A stretch of 62,904 bases of DNA, from the NCBI GenBank assembly GCA_963752255.1, contig CAVVXT010000006.1:1-62904 (forward strand), given 5' to 3'. The stretch is from Nitrososphaeria archaeon. Its GTDB lineage: Archaea; Thermoproteota; Nitrososphaeria; JACIWG01. Below, piece by piece: positions 10,054 through 19,910 of the stretch; the stretch's first letter is position 1; every line of letters starts with the position of its first letter. Below the pieces are notes generated by a model. The model was not told the origin of the DNA, ran no database searches, and was given only the letters and a program-made list of their open reading frames with translations. The translations under genes and the position numbers were made by a program.

Positions 10054-10365
10054 CACAACTTGGTTATCGTGATCTGTTATATAATTTTTCATCATGAATC
10101 TTACCAATTGTTCTCCGTTGATGAGCCAAGATTTTGTTCTGAAACCTGAAACCTATGATAGATTTTCTCTTACGAACGCTAACTTCGCAGATGAACAAAA
10201 TAATGCTAAGAAAAAGTATTATGAAGAAAATACCAGTATATGGATTATATATTTTATATTATATAATTTAGCGTATAAGCCTCATCTAACCAAAATTCAA
10301 ACTTTTCCTTGCCTTCAGAATCGGAAAAGGCCCACTCGCACAGCTCACTGACAACTATGTCGAGA

Positions 10366-10743
10366 TCAATTTGATGATCCTGAGATCAATCCACCTATGA
10401 GTCCGCCGATTGTTGATGCGACCGCTCCGAAGATGGCAAGTATAATCGCTATGATTCCAACTGCCAGCCCAGACAAGCCGCCCAAAAGTCCGCCCATGAT
10501 TCCACCCGTGGCTCCCCCCAGCACTACAAGACCGAGGATTGCGAGTATGGCAATGATGATGCCGCCGAATATCCCGGCAAGGAAACCTGATATTGCTCCT
10601 CCCCCAATGCCTTCTTGAGCGATGACACCAGCTGCAAATCCACCGATGAACCCACCTATTACGTGTCCAATTCCCGGAAATAGCCAGCCCATAATCAGTG
10701 TTATGAGGAAACCAACGAAAGCTCCAGACCATAAGCTACCCAT
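10366..10743 (-). CDS. DUF5518-like Gly-rich membrane protein
   Basis: Repeated GGxxGG TM helices: IGGFIGGFAAG...GAISGFLAGIFGG. Confidence 0.75.
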   Translation of the reverse strand: MGSLWSGAFVGFLITLIMGWLFPGIGHVIGGFIGGFAAGVIAQEGIGGGAISGFLAGIFGGIIIAILAILGLVVLGGATGGIMGGLLGGLSGLAVGIIAIILAIFGAVASTIGGLIGGLISGSSN

Positions 10744-10804
10744 AAAGTCGCCTTTGTCCAGTTAAAATCTTTCGTCCCGTTCGCCAATTAAGAGTAGAGC
10801 TCAG

Positions 10805-11101
10805 TTACTTTACTGGTTTTAGGGGTTTTAGGTAATTGTGAAGATTTTCTTTTGCGACCCTGAGATTAAGGCCCCTATCTGTCCAGTTAGCTTCCCCTTT
10901 GTTCAGGGCTGAGAGGTCCAACAGATTTCGTACTCCACTTTTACTTGCGCCAAGCACGGATTCAGCTATATCCTTGTTCAATTCGACTTCAAGATGAGTT
11001 ACTTGCCAATTTCTCCAGTCTATTTCCAGTTCTTTGATTTAGCCTATTTTCTCGTTGGTTCCAGTATAAACATCCTTATCCAAAATATCCTTACTTCTCA
11101 C
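10805..11101 (-). pseudogene. PRC-barrel domain protein with an in-frame TAA at 11039-11041
   Basis: Manual translation MRSKDILDKDVYTGTNEKIG*IKELEIDWRNWQVTHLEV...; missed by the ORF track. Confidence 0.75.
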
Positions 11102-11634
11102 ATTTATCGCCGTGTAGTATTAATTCTTACTAACTTATAAACATTTTGCTTAGTATTACTTCTTCTATTTTCACAACATGGGACGAAGTGAGAGAGTTAA
11201 TAGTTATCGATCTAGAAACGAAGATTCTGATATTCCTAAATCAATCCCATGACATGCTTCTACAGAGGTTAAGACCTCTATTATTTCATGATCAAAAAGA
11301 GCTACTCTACAAGATCACAGATAAACGTGAGAAGAAAGGTTTAAAAGAGATATTACTGTTGCTGCACTATTTCCAAAATTCCTGATGTGAATGTTTGTTA
11401 TCCCAGCCATACAGCCATTATTCTGATAATTTCCTTCCTAATAGGAAAGTTAAGTTGTTTTCAATCCGTCCGCAAATAGGGTACGGAACGATTCTCCAGC
11501 CAATGAGTTTCTTCCCGGATGCCTAGAAATCGCCTTACGGATCAGCCAATCAACTAAAACGGTGTTTAATAGCCTCTCCATGCGGAATAAATCCTTATAT
11601 TGACGAACATACATAAGCAAAAACGGTAGAGATC

Positions 11635-12066
11635 TTGAGCAATATAGTTCTTCCCGACCTTGGCAGTCTAACTTTGATGAGCCTGATTGTGACCATTATC
11701 GGCTTGATCATAGTGTGGATAGTCATCTCAATACCGGCGTGGTTGGCGGGCAAGGCGATAACTGGGGGAAAATCTACCTTTGGCGATGCTATGGTTGCCA
11801 CCTTGTTCGGCCCGATAGTCTACGTTGTGGTCTTGATCGCAGTGGACTTCTTTCTAGGAACTCTGATTGGCTCAGGGGCATACATCATCGCTCTGCTCTT
11901 GGCCTTTATAGGCTGGATTTGGGTCTACAAATCAAGCTTCGGAACGGGCTGGCTGGGCGGCATCGGAATAGCCATACTCGCGGTGATCGTCTTCGCCGTG
12001 ATGAGCCTGATACTAGGATCCCTCTTCGGCCTAGTGGTTCCCGCATCATTCTTCCCTCACCTCTAG
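11635..12066 (+). CDS. Hypothetical four-TM membrane protein
   Basis: 143 aa hydrophobic ORF. Confidence 0.75.
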   Translation: MSNIVLPDLGSLTLMSLIVTIIGLIIVWIVISIPAWLAGKAITGGKSTFGDAMVATLFGPIVYVVVLIAVDFFLGTLIGSGAYIIALLLAFIGWIWVYKSSFGTGWLGGIGIAILAVIVFAVMSLILGSLFGLVVPASFFPHL

Positions 12067-12117
12067 GCAACTACGAAAAGCAATCGAGGACGGGTCTACT
12101 TTCAAAGATACATGCCG

Positions 12118-12318
12118 ATTCTCGATCACATAGGCCACGAGACGTGTTCCATCTTTATTGTAGAGAACCCTGTACTTTGCTCTTGAACTTTGACTACTGA
12201 GACCTCGGGAATAATCAAGTCTTTGATAGATGTCCAACTTTTCGGCCCTTTCCCCGCGCTTCCTTCTCTAAGTCTCTTCAGCGGTTGCAAGCCAGTTCTT
12301 AAGACCGGAGAACCACTT
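12118..12318 (-). pseudogene. Fragment resembling the C-terminal (target-recognition) region of a type IIG R-M protein
   Basis: GLKNWLATAEET*RRKRGERAEKLDIYQRLDYSRGLSSQSSRAKYRVLYN; TAG at 12268-12270 where Trp is expected. Confidence 0.5.
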
Positions 12319-12557
12319 CCGCTGCGCTTCATTAGATTTCATTACATGGTAATGGTCACTCGAACGACTTCAACTCCCATGTGACTGAAGGTCGGAACTT
12401 TCTTGCTCATTTCACTTTCGTAATTTGCTATAGAAGTAGAACGGCGTCCTAGGCTAAAAGAAAACCTTCTAACTGGGGACTCCAACAAATGTGTTTATTT
12501 ATTGTGGCGCTAAATTCATGATCGAATATTTTGAACGCTTCTGCAACTCTCAACAGT

Positions 12558-13010
12558 TCACTCTATCCGTTCCCAGAGCAAGACAGCGACAGACTCTCCA
12601 CCACCCCACAATGTTGGGGAAGTGCTCAACTTCAACCGATTACCTGACAGTTCAAAGAACCGTTTTAGTCCATGTCCTTCCCAGTTGGGAAACAAAGAAC
12701 CTTCCACATGATGAATGACAAAGCCCTTTTTTCCGTCAAATTCGTAATGCCCATAATACGATATGACGCCTTCATAATTTGCTTTGATTTCTTCAGCTGT
12801 TCCCCTTATCTGATCCCCAGATGCGAATGGGGGACGGTCTGGACGCATCAGTTGCACTGAAAAGCGTCCGGATTTGGTGTAAATGAGTGACCCTTGTGCA
12901 TTTTTTCCGAAAGGGTATATCACTTCGCCATTTTCCCTTTGTGTCTCAAACGAAATGAGTTTCCACACACCGATTATAGGTGCTGATTTCTGATTAGGTG
13001 TTGGCTCCAT
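12558..13010 (-). CDS. Lipocalin-like domain protein (Lipocalin_5)
   Basis: IIGVWKLISFE, GSLIYTKSG, SYYGHY, HHVEGSLFPNWEG. Confidence 0.85.
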   Translation of the reverse strand: MEPTPNQKSAPIIGVWKLISFETQRENGEVIYPFGKNAQGSLIYTKSGRFSVQLMRPDRPPFASGDQIRGTAEEIKANYEGVISYYGHYEFDGKKGFVIHHVEGSLFPNWEGHGLKRFFELSGNRLKLSTSPTLWGGGESVAVLLWERIE

Positions 13011-13096
13011 TTCACATCATCCAATGAAATACATAATTATCTATAATAACATTAATCCTATTTATCATTTTTGATATTTAAGCTGCCACACGTATC

Positions 13097-13166
13097 AAAA
13101 TTGTTCAGTAAGATAGAAGAAATAGCATCATCGCAGTAAATTGGAGCCGAATTATCTATACAAAAG
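13097..13166 (+). repeat. 70-bp dispersed repeat, copy 1 (copy 2 at 19284-19353)
   Basis: 65 of 70 positions identical by manual alignment. Confidence 0.9.
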
Positions 13167-13210
13167 ATAAAGCAGAAACCGTTCAAATGCTCAGTAAATA
13201 ATTTCTATTG

Positions 13211-13277
13211 ATGAACAGCTGAAATTAATTTGCTTATATCGTTCTATGCGGCACTAACGAGATTTTAGGATTCTCAG
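13211..13277 (+). repeat. Copy of the AKR upstream sequence (21393-21459)
   Basis: Shared ACAGCTGAAATTAATTTGCTTATATC...CTAACGA..GATTTTA.GATTCTCA. Confidence 0.85.
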
Positions 13278-13353
13278 TGAAAAGCTTCACGAACACCCAA
13301 CTAACTGCACACCCCGTGCCAACAATGTATGCCTTGATGTCGATAATCTTCAT
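13273..13353 (-). pseudogene. N-terminal fragment of a mandelate racemase/galactonate dehydratase-family gene
   Basis: MKIIDIKAYIVGTGCAVSWVFVKLFTE, after which the family resemblance stops abruptly. Confidence 0.6.
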
Positions 13354-13568
13354 CCTTTAACTACTTCTCTTTCTTTTGTCATGGATAGCGCTGTGTAGTA
13401 GTTATTAATCATTCAAAACAAGCTAAACTTGTTAGAAAGTCGATGCACTATGCTTAATTGAAGCTTAAAGTCAAATTTTAAAGCTCACCCCTACACTAAA
13501 CCTATTAGATGAATGTGTTGGAAAGGTTCAAATGGTCGTTATTTAGTGCTTCATCCAATGAAAAATAG

Positions 13569-14495
13569 ATGGATTTAGACATAGCACTTAATACCACAAT
13601 ACCATTTCTAATTCTAATAGGATTAGGTTTCATATCAAGAAAGGTAGGCCTGCTGAAGGAAGGAGATGAACGGGTTCTTATGTCTTTCGTATTCTATTTT
13701 GCCCTTCCATCCTTTTTTGTGAGCAATCTTTCTCAGATCAATTTCACTCAAGTGAACTTCATCTTCCTATTAGCCGGAGTGATACCCATATTGATTGTAT
13801 TAGTAATTTTCAGCCTTCTACGAATGCTGTTTAAATTTTCTAGGGGAACCTTCTACCTTCTCGTTCTGAGCACCGTCTTTGGTAATTTACTGTTCTATGG
13901 AATACCGTTCATGGAATTCGCCTTCCCTGGGACGGAATCCCTCGCCATGCTTTCAGCGGCCTCCATTTCCATTTTAGCAATTCCTGTTACCTTGGCCCTC
14001 CTAGAATCCTATAACATACAGGGATCAGACAAACTTGAAAGCTCAAGGCGGGTGTTGAAGGGTCTCTCAAAGAACCCTGTAATGGTCTCAGTCCTCTTTG
14101 GCGTTATCCTTTCTGTTTCGAGGATTACGGTTCCTGTCCCCATATTGAATCCTTTAAACTTGTTAGGAGCCACCACCGTTCCTGTTGCCACCTTCCTACT
14201 AGGAGTATTTTTTTACGGAAGAAGGTTCAGAGAACTTGCTAGTGGCTTCAAACTGAGTCTTCTTAGAATGGCCCTTCTGCCCACTATAGCCTTGATAATC
14301 GCTACTCTGGCCAATTTAAGTAGGATAGAAGTGACTGCGATCGTAATAATGCACGGTACACCGCTGGCAATACCTATGATCGTCTTCTGCGAACACTACA
14401 ATTTTTACAAAGATAAGATGGCCTCTTTGCTTCTGATTTCGTCCCTTTTAGCGGGAATATATCTGAATGTTTGGCTTTTAATTCTCGGATATTAA
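13569..14495 (+). CDS. AEC (auxin efflux carrier) family transporter
   Basis: FVFYFALP, FGNLLFYGIP, KNPVM motifs; about 10 TM helices. Confidence 0.9.
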   Translation: MDLDIALNTTIPFLILIGLGFISRKVGLLKEGDERVLMSFVFYFALPSFFVSNLSQINFTQVNFIFLLAGVIPILIVLVIFSLLRMLFKFSRGTFYLLVLSTVFGNLLFYGIPFMEFAFPGTESLAMLSAASISILAIPVTLALLESYNIQGSDKLESSRRVLKGLSKNPVMVSVLFGVILSVSRITVPVPILNPLNLLGATTVPVATFLLGVFFYGRRFRELASGFKLSLLRMALLPTIALIIATLANLSRIEVTAIVIMHGTPLAIPMIVFCEHYNFYKDKMASLLLISSLLAGIYLNVWLLILGY

Positions 14496-14598
14496 CCTAT
14501 CAGAAACAATATGTGGATGAAACATGTGAACTACCTTACGGCATTCTCAAGAGGATTGTTCGGAGGCTTTAAATATGTCTTCGACTATATATGTAAAA

Positions 14599-15583
14599 AT
14601 GAAATATCGTATTCTTGGAAGGACGGGGTTAATTTTCTGAGTTAGGGTTAGGAGCCCACGAATATAGACGTTGGCTCAATAGGATACACTTTAAGAATGA
14701 TTGGGAACCTAAGTGGTTCTTGGAGACACAGCCTCAGAGGAATAAAATTATAGAGAAAGCCATCAATTCTGGGATTAACTTTTTTGAGTCAACGCTAAAG
14801 GAGGAAGCGGAGTCTCTGGGTCTGGCTTTGAAGGCTCTTGGGCGAAGAAATGAGGTGTATTTGTCAGCTATGCTAGTTTTTCCATTCAAGATGTTGAAGG
14901 ACGACCCTTCTTCTAGATGGCGTGATATCCTCTTGGAGGAGTTGGAGGGAAGATTCCGCTTACTACAAACCAATCATATAGACCTTTTCCACGTCCATAT
15001 GCCCGAGGACAATTACTTACCTGACAGGCTGAAGGCATTTTTGGAGATCTTAGAAGAGTTGAAGGCTCAGGGGAGGATAGGTTTCATAGGAGCCTCCAGT
15101 CACGAGCTGCCGTTCTTATCCGAGTTGATTAGAAAGTATGACTGCTTCGATGAGGTGATGGTCAGGTACAACTATCATCTCCAAGAGGCTAAAGACGTTA
15201 TTTTCCCATTGTGTAAAGCTTTGAACATTGGAGTTGTCGTGATGAAACCGCTCTCCTGGCCCTACTATGGGATCCCGTTCACCTACTTTTGCAGTGATAA
15301 GGTCAAGCCGAACTCCTATACACCAGCTCAGACGAGCATCCATTGGATTCTAAGAGCTCCTGAAGTTACTACGTTAGTTCCAAGCGTCAATGACATGACA
15401 GAGTTAGATGAGAACCTGTCCGCCTTTGCTTCAGAATATGAGGTAGATGAAAAAGTATTGAAGAGAAGCCTTAAAACCGCTCAAGGCCCAAAAGCAAGAG
15501 AAATACTTCGAAGGCTGGTCGAACATCCAGCAAAGGATATACGAAACTACGCCAAAGAAGCCCTAGAATGTACGACATTCTAA
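14599..15583 (+). pseudogene. Aldo/keto reductase with a frameshift near 14632
   Basis: MKYRILGRTGL at 14599 continues as SELGLG in the frame of ORF 14720; GINFF, IDLFHVH, GVVVMKP. Confidence 0.8.
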
Positions 15584-15677
15584 CGGGAAACGAGAGGCAT
15601 TTACAAATAAATGAGCAAGAAAGCTCCCATTTTTATTCTATAAAAAAGATTTAGTATAGGAGTAATGCGAGTTCTGT

Positions 15678-16439
15678 ATGAATATGGAAACAGAGGTTCT
15701 TCTTTATCAAGAATTGTTGACGAATGCTTGGCCGGCTAAAACCATCATTTTTCAGAATGGATGGATAGTGAAATTGTCTGAAGGAGTGACAAAACGAGTG
15801 AATGCTGTTCTCCCGATCAGATATGTTGGAGACAATTTATTTGACGATATCAGCGTCGTCGAGAGTATTTACAGAGAGAGGAATATGCCAGTTATATTTC
15901 AAGTTCCCGATTATTTTGAACCTCCCAACTTGAAGGAAACGCTCCTCTCGTTAGGATATGGGAGTATCGATGAAACCTTGATTATGACCTCTAGCATAAA
16001 AGAGATTTCGAAAATTGAAGAGAATAGGAATTTGAATTTTTTCATTGAGCAGGAATTATCAGATAAATGGTTGGCAGCCCTCGGAAATCTTCATAATTAC
16101 AGTCAAGCTACAATTGATGGGCAAGAACAGATCATTAAGAGAATTCCTTTTAGGACGAAGGCCTTTTTCTATGGTGAGTTGGACAATCAAATTGTTGCCG
16201 TAGGACTTGCCATTATTGAAAGAGAATACTTGGGAATCTACGACCTTGTTGTTCATCCAAACTGTCGACTGCGGGGAATTGCTCAATCATTAATTGCAAA
16301 GATGCTCCAGTGGGGAATAGGGAACTTGGCTAAGCACGTCTATTTGGCAGCTCAAGGAGATAACTTTGGGGCAATAGCACTATACAATAAAATTGGCCTA
16401 AAAGACCGCTATCATTATCGCTATCTGACAAAAATTTAG
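15678..16439 (+). CDS. GNAT N-acetyltransferase
   Basis: NAWPA...G.TKRVN...; VHPNCRLRGIA acetyl-CoA motif; NFGAIALYNKIG. Confidence 0.9.
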   Translation: MNMETEVLLYQELLTNAWPAKTIIFQNGWIVKLSEGVTKRVNAVLPIRYVGDNLFDDISVVESIYRERNMPVIFQVPDYFEPPNLKETLLSLGYGSIDETLIMTSSIKEISKIEENRNLNFFIEQELSDKWLAALGNLHNYSQATIDGQEQIIKRIPFRTKAFFYGELDNQIVAVGLAIIEREYLGIYDLVVHPNCRLRGIAQSLIAKMLQWGIGNLAKHVYLAAQGDNFGAIALYNKIGLKDRYHYRYLTKI

Positions 16440-16635
16440 ATCTTTGCTAGCTGGAAATGACTAAAGATCTTTCCTAAAGCTTCCATTTTCTATTTTACTC
16501 CTTCCAGAATATTTCCAACACCCAATACTTTACTAAAACCAGCGAAATTATGATAGTACCATTTGTGATGTTATAAAATTTGAACCCATAAGAGTAAAGA
16601 AATAAATAGAATAATGCGGTAGATTACTTTAGAAA

Positions 16636-16950
16636 ATGGAGTCAGAAAAAATAAAAGCAAGACAAGAGAGGCTGCAAGGAAGGGTTACAAACATAGAAAA
16701 GACAGACGAAAAGAAGAAGGATGAACAAGGAAACCTTTGGGAGAAATGTATCATAACTGTAGAATTAATAGGATTTTCAAAAAGAACACCAAAAAAGATT
16801 TTACCTATGAAATTAAAAGGAAAGCAAATCAAACTCCTCAGATGGTGCTGTTTTGACTGGCACTACAAAATCAGTACCCGAAAAACACTTGAACCAAATG
16901 AAACCAAAGCAATTCTCCTAGAAAAACCTACCATTACAACATATTGGTAA
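16636..16950 (+). CDS. Hypothetical beta-rich small protein
   Basis: 104 aa ORF with ATG start and upstream TAAATA. Confidence 0.6.
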   Translation: MESEKIKARQERLQGRVTNIEKTDEKKKDEQGNLWEKCIITVELIGFSKRTPKKILPMKLKGKQIKLLRWCCFDWHYKISTRKTLEPNETKAILLEKPTITTYW

Positions 16951-17001
16951 AGATCATTTATGAATCGGAGCTGAATTACAGAATGGAAAATTTTTTATAT
17001 T

Positions 17002-18066
17002 TTGGAGATGATTAGTTCAATGGCCCCTCGCGAAAGATTGCTTGAAGCGCTATACGGAGAGGAGCCGGATATCGTTCCTCTTTTTGAAATCGAAATAAAC
17101 AAACCTGTAGTAAAAGAAATACTTGGTAGAGATCCTAATGGTGCTATGGACTTTTATGAAGTTTACAGCAAATTTGGGTTAGATGGAATAAACTTTTGGG
17201 ATATTCCTGTACCCGTAAAGTATCTTGACGCTAAAAGCTTCATCGATGATTGGGCTAGAATTTGGAAAACCAGTACAAACGATGTTACTTATTACGTTAA
17301 TGGTGCAATAAATTCTATCGAAGATTTTGAAAAATTTTCTCCACCTAATCCATATGATTATAGTCGACTGGATAGACTACACAAAGTGATAAGTAACAAT
17401 AAGAATCAACTTGCGGTTGTTGGTGGCATTCATGATGGCTATGAAATCCCTTCACAAATGAGAGGTGTAAGTAACTTTCTTATAGACTTGTACAGGAATC
17501 CGAGCTTTGTAAAAAAACTAATAGAAGCTTCTGTAAATTTTAATATAGAATTAGCTAAAGCGATGATTGATATTGGAGTAGATGCGATAATATCAGGCGA
17601 TGACTATGCCTACAAGCAAGGGCCAATGATGTCACCTAAACACTTTAGAGAATTAATAGCACCCGGTTTGAAAAAGATTGTTGATGCTGTACATAAAAAA
17701 GGAATACCTTTCATCAAACATACAGACGGTTACATTTACCCTATCATGGAAGACTTGATTAGTGCAGGAATAGACGCTTTACATCCAATAGAGCCCCGAG
17801 CAAATATGAGCCTTAAAGATGTCAAAGACAAATATGGTGAAGTCATATGTATAATCGGTAACGTGGATGTTACTTATGTTCTACCATTTGGCACAATCGA
17901 GGAAACAGTTAACGAAGTTAAAAGATGTATAGGTGAAGCAGCAAGTGGTGGCGGATATATACTCAGCTCCAGTAACTCAATCCACAACGCAGTTAAAGTT
18001 GACAACTTCAAAGCGATGATCGATGCCACAAGAAAATATGGCAGATACCCTCACATCGTTAAATAA
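17002..18066 (+). CDS. Uroporphyrinogen decarboxylase / MtaA-CmuA family protein
   Basis: PRERLL, GDDYA, MSPKHF, KHTDG, GNVD and GGYILSSSN motifs. Confidence 0.9.
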   Translation: MEMISSMAPRERLLEALYGEEPDIVPLFEIEINKPVVKEILGRDPNGAMDFYEVYSKFGLDGINFWDIPVPVKYLDAKSFIDDWARIWKTSTNDVTYYVNGAINSIEDFEKFSPPNPYDYSRLDRLHKVISNNKNQLAVVGGIHDGYEIPSQMRGVSNFLIDLYRNPSFVKKLIEASVNFNIELAKAMIDIGVDAIISGDDYAYKQGPMMSPKHFRELIAPGLKKIVDAVHKKGIPFIKHTDGYIYPIMEDLISAGIDALHPIEPRANMSLKDVKDKYGEVICIIGNVDVTYVLPFGTIEETVNEVKRCIGEAASGGGYILSSSNSIHNAVKVDNFKAMIDATRKYGRYPHIVK

Positions 18067-18311
18067 TAGCTAAAAGTTGCGTTATATCGAGCCGTCATCT
18101 AACCCGTAGAAGAAGAATTATTGTAAACTAAAAAAAGAAAAAGCAAATATAATATAATCAAATTATATATGAAAAGCCAGGATAACATGAGAGGGCCAAG
18201 AGAAGAAATTTTGAAGGTCCCAAGGTTTTACTCTAACCCGAGAGTATTCTTAAAATCGTCGGGGCAAAAAAGTGGAACAATAACTCCAATCCCTCCATCA
18301 AGTGATCAAAT

Positions 18312-18818
18312 ATGGATCGTTTAGCCGCAGGCACACCTGTACCGGCTAGCAGGCAATCCCACATCAGGATTAGGCAAGCATCACCGAAGGACCTTCGCAG
18401 CATCATGTTCCTTGCCAAAGCGTGTATTTTGGATCTGGCTGGAACTAAAGACAAGAGGATTGTTCAGGCGATATCGGAGAGAATCAAGATTGACCTAGAG
18501 TTGTATCCCAGAACTTGCTTGGTTGTCCATGACGGCGAAGGGCTGGTGGGTTTCTCGCTGACCGAGGTCACTGGTTCTTGCGCCTCTATATTCCTGCTAG
18601 CCGTGGACTCACGGCACCGAAGGAGTGGTATAGGGTCGACGCTAGTCGTCGACACGCTCAACAGACTGAAGGATAAAGGGGTCAAGTACGTCGAACTCGC
18701 GACTCCTTCGGAAAACGAATCGTCCCAAACCTTCTGGATCAGCAAAAGCTTCACAGATGCCAAGATGAGAGTCTTTTCAAGATTTTTGAGTCGGCGCAAT
18801 ATTCATCAGCGAAGGTAG
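18312..18818 (+). CDS. GNAT N-acetyltransferase (RimI-like)
   Basis: IRQASPKDL; LAVDSRHRRSGIG; NESSQTFW. Confidence 0.85.
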   Translation: MDRLAAGTPVPASRQSHIRIRQASPKDLRSIMFLAKACILDLAGTKDKRIVQAISERIKIDLELYPRTCLVVHDGEGLVGFSLTEVTGSCASIFLLAVDSRHRRSGIGSTLVVDTLNRLKDKGVKYVELATPSENESSQTFWISKSFTDAKMRVFSRFLSRRNIHQRR

Positions 18819-19173
18819 GCTTGCGAGTTGTAGCAATACGTTTACTACGGTTGATAAGAATGAAAAACTCTAACAGCGTTTCCATTTAAATTCAACCTGT
18901 AGGAAAATAAAGTTTACATTCACAGTTACATACGCGACACTTGGTAAGCCGAAAAGAAAAACGAGAATGTTGGAGAAGGAATAGGAACAACTTTTCAAAC
19001 TTGGGCACAACGATAGGTCTCAACAAAGAATGATTATTGAAAGAGAAAAGCAGCTAGAACATCAATTATTTAAAATATACCAATTAAAAAAATTAGAGGA
19101 TATATAGATTAGGCACCTTCCTTTTTATCAGAATCCTTTAACCTTTAACGGAGAGGAGGTTTAATACTAACTG

Positions 19174-19326
19174 ATGGATAGCGACCATGAATTTAATTTT
19201 GAAGAAGACGAGCCAGCGTATACTTATTCGCTCACAGTAGAGGAAGAAGGGCTGGGATATCTACCAACTGTACCTCAAGTCTTAAAATTGTTCAGTAAGA
19301 TAGAAGAAATAGTATCATCACAGTAA
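19174..19326 (+). CDS. Small acidic ORF (50 aa) or 3' gene remnant; its 3' end is duplicated at 13097
   Basis: MDSDHEFNFEEDEPAY...LKLFSKIEEIVSSQ*. Confidence 0.35.
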   Translation: MDSDHEFNFEEDEPAYTYSLTVEEEGLGYLPTVPQVLKLFSKIEEIVSSQ

Positions 19327-19353
19327 ATTGGAGTCAAATTAACTATACAAAAG
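19284..19353 (+). repeat. 70-bp dispersed repeat, copy 2
   Basis: Matches 13097-13166. Confidence 0.9.
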
Positions 19354-19524
19354 GCAAATATTAAAAGCTGTAATTACAAATTGTTCTTATATACGTAAAT
19401 ATGTTTATAAAATAAAAAAAACCCACAAATTTGATAAATAAGTTATTAAAAATCTTTGAAATATGTAAATTAGAAACGTTTAAATAACTTTTCTCCAACG
19501 ATTTTCTTTGGCTGGTGAAGAAGT

Positions 19525-19878
19525 TTGTCAGAGCCTACTAAGCGAAAGAAATCATCGACGCGAAGGGAGGGGAAACTCGCAACGGATAAGATAAGCAAAA
19601 AGCCTGAAAAGATAAGGGTCTCCTCGAAGGCCGTCAGAAAAAAGATGACAAGAAGGGAGACTAAGAAGAAACCAAAGAGAGCGAAGATAGAGCTGGAAAA
19701 ACACCCCACCGTAGCGCAGGAACAGACCATTCTTACAAGCTTCTTTCGAGGGGAGACCGTAGGGAGTGTCCAAAGTAGATATAGAAAGAGTCTGCGAGAT
19801 GAGATACGCAACCTTAAAAATGCATTCGAGGCTGGAGAGTTCTTCCTCAAGGACGATGTATGGCAGCTGGTCTCCTAA
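19525..19878 (+). CDS. Highly basic hypothetical protein
   Basis: K/R-rich N-terminal half; TTTAAATA upstream. Confidence 0.6.
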   Translation: MSEPTKRKKSSTRREGKLATDKISKKPEKIRVSSKAVRKKMTRRETKKKPKRAKIELEKHPTVAQEQTILTSFFRGETVGSVQSRYRKSLRDEIRNLKNAFEAGEFFLKDDVWQLVS

Positions 19879-19910
19879 CTGGCTCGTTTGATGATGGGGG
19901 GGCTGTGAGC

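Noticed and set aside
14526-14536. GTGAACTACCT, identical to the tip of the IS605 right end
   Set aside because: Only 11 bp match and the subterminal hairpin is absent, so chance cannot be excluded.
15609-15627. AAATGAGCAAGAAAGYTCC shared with the minus strand near 12393-12411
   Set aside because: A single 19-bp match with no extension or structure; at most a remnant of related gene starts.
17002-18066. Evidence of methylotrophic methanogenesis from the MtaA-like gene
   Set aside because: The family is broad, and no corrinoid protein, substrate methyltransferase or mcr gene is nearby.
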